NCBI RefSeq assembly: GCF_011745625.1
Contig: NW_027191452.1
Location: 372,001 to 436,000, forward strand
Origin: Cladosporium halotolerans
Lineage: Eukaryota
Direction: 5' to 3'
DNA: 64,000 bases
The position numbers and the translations under genes are program-made. Shown in pieces: positions 58,172 to 64,000 of the stretch. Position 1 is the first letter of the stretch, and every line of letters begins with the position of its first letter. The notes below the pieces were generated by a model that saw only the letters and a list, made by a program, of their open reading frames with translations, searched no databases and was not told the DNA's origin.

Positions 58172-59262
58172 GGCCGGCGGGCAGCGCGGAGGCGCAGAAT
58201 ATATACGGGGGCGGGCGGATGACGTGTGGCGGAGTGTGCAGGCCGGCGATCCACTCAGGGCGCTGGGTGTGTGTGTGTCGGGCCCGGGCGTGCGAGGCGC
58301 GGACGGGGGCAGCCAGCAGCGCGCAGGGTCCGGTGAAGTCTGTCTGGCCGGTAGCGAGCGGGAGGAGAGATGCTTGGCGGGGCGATCACAGGTACAGGCA
58401 GAGTCAGCGCGGAGGGACGATCGCAGCCAGGTACAGGCAGCACCCTGGGGAAGGGTAAAACGCGGTACGGAATACGGTGCGGCTGTCGGCGTGAGCGCGC
58501 CCGGCCGGCCTGAGCTGATGAGGTGCGTGAGGGTTGTGGTTGTGGTGAGGTGGCGGGTGAGCGGCAGCAGCAGCAGACGGGCGGGCGCAGGGCGAGGGCA
58601 GCACTGCAGGTGAGGGAGAGAGGTGGAAATGGCTGTCGAGCAAGAGGCTGGCAGGGTGTGCCTTAGGCTGTGAGGTCATCGCGCTGCTGCCCGCCTGCGA
58701 TGCGCATCACCGTCGCCTTTCGAGCCGCTGTGCGCGCGCCCAGCACTCACCGTTCTTTTGCGCGCTGCTCGGAGTCGACGAGTCCCCGGCCGGGCCACCT
58801 TGAATTTTCGATGTACGCACCTGCTTGCTACAGTATGACAGTATGTGCCATGCAGCTCGGTCAATGACCTGCAGGCAACCCTTGCCTGTGCCTCCCTCCT
58901 AATGAAGGCGCAGCCTGCCTCAGGTCGTGCAGACGGCCGCGGCGGTGGCAGGCCCTCGTGCCCCTCACGCACGCCGTCGCCTCGTGGTGGCGGAGGCCAT
59001 CAGCCCACCGGGCGCAGCCTCATCACTGGACCTGCTGCCTTCACAACACTCGGCTCCGGCGACACTGCAAACTCACCACGCGGAGCACCAACCGAACAAT
59101 CTGTGTTTCACACGCGGGTGCACGCAGACCCCGATGCATCCGGCGTCGCATACGCCTAGCTGCTGCGGCACTTCAAACGGGCACATGCTTGCATTTTCAA
59201 TCTACCCGCATAAGCTGTGCATCAAGCCTTCGCCCACTTCCCGCCATCGACCAGTCTAAAAA

Positions 59263-60097
59263 TCACGAACCTCCCAATGCCTCATCCACAAGATCAGCCA
59301 GCTCCGCCAGCGAACTCACTCTCCCCACCATCCCATACTCGCCCTGCACATCCTCCCACCTCCTCCCCTCAGCCTCCAGTATCCCATACCTATCGACCCA
59401 CACGCTCCTCAACCCAACCTTCTTCGCCGGCCCATGGTCATGAAATAAGCTCTGCGCAACATGGCAGATCTCATTCTTCTCAATCCCATAGTCCGCCTTC
59501 AAATGATCAAACAGGTAGCGGAAATTCGCCAGATCAGGCTTATACGACCCGATATCCTCCGCGAGGTAAGAAGCCGTGAACGGACACCCCTTCAGCGGGC
59601 CCGCCAACGTCCCGCCGTACGAGAAATGGTCCATGTTCGTCAGCGGCACGATCACCTCGAAGTGCTTCGACAGCCGCTTGATCGCGTCGACCTGTCGGTG
59701 AATCTTCGTCAGCCCAATCACCATCACCTCCTTCAACAAGTCAAACACCCACCGTATCCCCAAACGCCTCAAACCCCCCAATGCTCCTCCCAAACCCCCT
59801 CGCCGCCTCCTCCACCTCCCCGTCCACCACAACCCCAATCTCCCTCGCGTACGCCCTGAACCCCTCCGCATTGATCTCCGACTTGCGCATCCCCGGCTGC
59901 TCGCGCTCGATCCGCGCGTGCTGCGCTTCGATCGCCCGCAGGAAGTCCGCGTCCGAGCCCGCGGCGCGGATGTGGGGGGACAGAGGCGTGGCGTGCGCGG
60001 CGCGCACGACGCCCGAGTCCCAGTCGACGAGCGTGCCGTAGATGTCGAGCGTGAGGGCGCGGATGTTGGCCCAGGGGATGGTGGTTGGGGTGGTCAT
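59263..60097 (-). CDS. HAD-superfamily hydrolase, haloacid dehalogenase type II-like (2 exons)
   Basis: LTLDIYGTLVDW (motif I), PLTN, EDIGSYKPD and HVAQSLFHDHGPA..GL..VWVDR. Intron at about 59693-59752. Confidence 0.9.
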
Positions 60098-60829
60098 TTT
60101 GGGTTTGGGCTGGGATTGAATGATTGATACGAGGGGTAATATGTGAAGAAACGAGTGGGATCGATCTGCGGTTTGGCAGTATCGCGTGCGATTGAGGGTG
60201 TGTGGTGGAAGTTGTCGAGAGGAGGGATTTGGTATTCGCTGGCCTTCTGGGTGCGGTTATATAGACCGGTCGTGACTCCGCGCCCTTCTACAGTCTGGGC
60301 GATGGGCGTGATTCACGGTTTGGAAAAGGCAACGAATAGCGACGATCTTGCAGTCACCTACAAGACAGTTTGTCCGAGAGGTGCTCTGTATGCCTTGTGG
60401 AGCCTCTAGCTTGGCTTTCGTGGTCAACAGTTGGAGACTCCGAAACGAGTATGACTCCGAATAGAGAGTTCATGGGTAGCTCCATGGGAGACCGAAGACA
60501 GGGTTGACGATGGTTGCATTTGGCTAGGGACGCTGCCATTGAGCAGTAAGGGGATCGCCACTTGCATGAAAATACGCATCCATCGATCGTTATTCGAATA
60601 GGTGTTACATGTGCTTTGATGTACAAATCAAACGTATCTATCTCGTCGTCCCAATGCCGTCAAGGACCGTGCGCTCGCGTGCGGAGTTGCTGGCGCCGAA
60701 GCCTGAGCTTGAAGTTGCGCATGCGACAAGCAGCAGAGCTCCATCCGCCGCGAAACATTTCGCAGCCTCCCAAAGAAACACGCTCAAACCCCTCATCCAT
60801 CACGTTCATTACTAGCATTCCACACAACC

Positions 60830-61823
60830 ATGTCGACAGACCCTCGAGCTAGGCGTCGCGCGCACCCACCTCCACCACCTCCACCTCCAGAAGCAGAGCC
60901 CGACATGACAACCATGGGCCTCGACGGAACAAACGACCGCCCACCCTCAACAACAGCAAACGGCCAACCCGCCAACATCCCAACCCACGCGAAACCCTCC
61001 GAAGAAAGCTTCAAGCTGAAATTCTGCACCGTCTGCGCCAGCAACAACAACCGGTAAGCCAGGCCACCAACCCCCCCCCTCCACTCAGCCAGATCCTAAC
61101 CTCCCTCTCAAAAGATCAATGGAAGCCCACCTCCGCCTCACGACCGCCCCATCCCCCTACCCGACCATCTCCTTCGGCACGGGCTCGCTCGTCCGCCTCC
61201 CCGGCCCCAGCATAACCCAGCCCAACGTCTACACCTTCAACTCGACCTCCTACGCCGCGATGCACGACGAGCTCCTCGCCAAAGACCCGCGCCTGTACCG
61301 CGCCAACGGCATCCTGCCCATGCTCGAGCGCAACCGCGGCGTGAAATGGGGCCCCGAGCGCTGGCAGGACTGGCGCGTGGGCGTGCCGCGCGTGGGCGCG
61401 CGGCCGGGCACGGGCGAGGGCGGCGAGTGGGCGAGCGACAAGGGCAGCCGGGGCACGGAGGGCGGCAGCGTGGACGTCGTGATCACGTGCGAAGAGAGGT
61501 GTTGGGATGCGGTGGTGGACGATCTGATGGCGCGGGGGGCGCCGCTGAACAGGCCCGTGCACGTGTTTAATGTGGACATCAAGGATAATCATGAGGAGGC
61601 GCTGGTGGGCGGGCGGGCGATTCTGGAGCTGGCGGATGCGTTGAATGGGCTTGCGAGCGAGGAGAGGGAGGAGTGGGTGAGGAGGGGCGGTGGGGGGAGG
61701 GGGTTTGATGAGGGGGAGGCGGGGGCGAGGGGAGGGTTCGATGAGAGGGTGCCGGATGTGCTGGCGAGTTGGCAGGAGAGGTGGCCGGCGCTGCCGGCGT
61801 TGTGGACGTTGGCTTGGTTTTAG
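60830..61823 (+). CDS. SSU72: RNA polymerase II CTD phosphatase Ssu72 (2 exons)
   Basis: [16 protein letters not shown] (CX5R active site, split by intron 61053-61114); [23 protein letters not shown] and [11 protein letters not shown] motifs. Confidence 0.95.
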
Positions 61824-62857
61824 TGGTGGTGATTGACTGAGGGAGAGGATGCTTTGGGTTTGGGAGTTGATTTGATTGGGTTTAGCGAGGAGTTTGGCGT
61901 CAAGGGGTTTTCTGGCAAAATGCAAAGAGCAGATGGGTCGAAAAGGCGACGAGGTGTCGCCCAAATAACTACCTGATGAACGAATTCTCAGCAGCTCTCC
62001 GGACTTCGATTGAGCTTAGTAAGGATCGCTGAGATGCTACACCTCTCAGCGCCAGGCCCTCTCTTTCACATGATAGAGGCGACGACATGGGCACCAGCCA
62101 GTTCTGCACAGGGAATCTCAGCCGTTTCACAGATCAAGCACGGTGCGAGCAAGCTGATACCAGCTGCTTCAGCACGCTGGAAGATTGAGCATCTATTAAC
62201 GGATGTATCTTCGAACGCAAGCGCTACGAAGGAGCATGCCTTGATGCCCGCCGCTCTGACACTTGGTTAAAAGCTGTACCTTGAGCAATATGTCTCTCAG
62301 GACTCCTGAAAGAGTCAGAGGCGTCCCATATGCCAGCAAAATAGAAATCTAGACTATTGGGCCGAGCGGGATGCTGGAGGGGCCAAAGCTCAGAAGCGAA
62401 ATCCACAATGATCGACAAGGGCGGTCAACACTCTACATACATCAAACGAAGCAATGCAGCACTCCGCCCATGAAGCTGCATTTTTCATATAAGTCTATAG
62501 AAATCAATCAAATACAATCAATACCTACGTCCTGAATGAAAGATGTTCCAAGATGCCAAGCCCGGCTCGTTCGGCAGCCCTATCGCAAGGCTGAGGCGGG
62601 AACAGCGGGTAAGGCGCAGAAGACGAGCTCAAGAGTGGGCCTTGCCCTCGCGTCCTCGCCCACATCGCGTCTCCAAGGCCGATCTGAACATGCTATTCTC
62701 GAGCAGGAGACAAGATGCCACGTCATGCCAAGCAGAAGATGGCCGTGAAGCTGGCTGAACTGCACACTGGCAGTGCCAGACCTGCTCGCGTGAGCTCGTG
62801 TGAGTACAACCACATCTGTTGGTGCTTCCTCTTTGTCTCCCGGACCCACGACTAGCC

Positions 62858-64000
62858 ATGCTGGAAACCACGAGCTATGACCCGCTATCCCCTCGCTCCA
62901 GTAGCGACGAGCCTCGGAGCGGTGAGGAGGACCTGGAGATTGATTGGGTGCTCACTTATAACTTTGACGACATCGGTACGGAACCAAAGGATCTGGGTGT
63001 GTGGCAGTGTGGCAGGTGCCGGCTCCCAAGAGTAAACTGACTGACTGAGTGTTACTGCTGGACAGAGGGCGCAGAGGCTGCTGAAGAGTTCCGGAAGCTG
63101 ATCCACCAGCTGGACGGCCGTGGGCTTCAGACTCAAGTTCGGCATGGCTACGGGCAATCTCTCCTTGTCTTGATACGTTGCCCTCGAAACCTATTGGGCA
63201 ACGAGGTGTACCGCTCGAGGTAAGCAGACACAATCACGGGGTCTCCTCATCGACATCGTTCTCTCTAACAAATCCAGGGTCAAGGACTGGCTCCACGGCA
63301 TCATTCACGCTAAGCCAGTTGGCGATAGCAAGACCGTTGTGAAAGCCGATACACCCGCCGAGGCCCTTCGATCGGCCTATCACCTTATCACCTGGACACA
63401 TGAACAAGGTGGTGCCGGAATCGCTGCAGGCCATGGGAACTGGCACAGGGTCACGGAGTCTTTCCCACCTCAAGATGCTCTTGCCAATCGCAAGCTATTG
63501 AAATACTTGGCTGGTCGAACGTTCCTCAATGACAGTGATCTCGACAAGATCCGTGCTTTGTTCGGTGAGAAGGTATGCCGGCTATTCCTGGCTGATCTCA
63601 GATAATTCAAGATCGCTAATGTGAACCAGGTGGCGTTCTACTACGCATTCATACAATGCTACTCGATATTTCTCATCATCCCTACAATTTGTGGAACACT
63701 AACCTGGTTGTTTTCTGGGCCTTACTCTTCAGCCTTCGCGGTCTTCACATGTCTATGGGGCATCGTCTTCGTTGAATACTGGAAACGTCAGGAGATCGAT
63801 CTCAGCATCCGCTGGGACGTTCGGGGAGTTGGTGGAATCAAGGTCAACCGACCGCAGTATGTCTGGGAAAGAGAAGAAGTCGATTCGGTCACTGGAGAGC
63901 TCAAGCGTGTCTTCCCCACGCACAAACGCATTCTGAGGCAGCTCTGGTTCCTCCCCTTCGCAGCTCTCGCCGGCGTTGTACTGGGGACTGTACTTCTAGT
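62858..64000 (+). CDS. Anoctamin/TMEM16 (Ist2-like) Ca2+-activated scramblase/channel, 5' part, running off the window
   Basis: IDWVLTY, VGLQTQVRHG, VYRSRVKDWLHG, TPAEALRSAYHLIT, LDKIRALFGEKVAFYYAF and FVEYWKRQEIDLSIRW across four exons. Confidence 0.88.

Noticed and set aside
1..64000. Transposons, RIP-degraded AT-rich blocks, CRISPR arrays, secondary-metabolite backbone genes
   Set aside because: No transposase or RT motifs, terminal repeats, AT-rich islands, repeat-spacer arrays, or PKS/NRPS domains were seen.

Overview
This is a gene-dense eukaryotic window from a filamentous ascomycete (Pezizomycotina, probably a Dothideomycete; inferred from short GT-AG introns with CTRAC branch points and from gene content). 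It holds about 28 protein-coding genes and one intronless tRNA-Gly(GCC). Most genes are housekeeping: a TFIIIC Tfc6-like subunit, PER1, GatA/HER2, DUS4, BTN1, RXT3, RRG9, QCR8, PHB1, KAP120, SSU72 and a partial TMEM16/Ist2. There is also an 11-kb glycoside-utilisation cluster (intracellular GH3, MFS sugar transporter, Zn2Cys6 regulator, PLP aminotransferase, intracellular GH43) and a small block of oxidoreductases. Three things stand out. (1) An unannotated, highly structured element of about 210 nt at 22.05-22.27 kb has Pol III-type signals (TATA, perfect A-box, B-box-like T-loop, T6 terminator) and a tRNA-like closing domain. (2) Strand-symmetric C-rich to G-rich skew switches recur, ignore gene orientation and reshape protein sequence. 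(3) A PLP aminotransferase sits inside the xylosidase/glucosidase cluster. No transposon or CRISPR array is supported. All product calls come from recognising motifs by eye, no database search was run, and exon boundaries are manual predictions.
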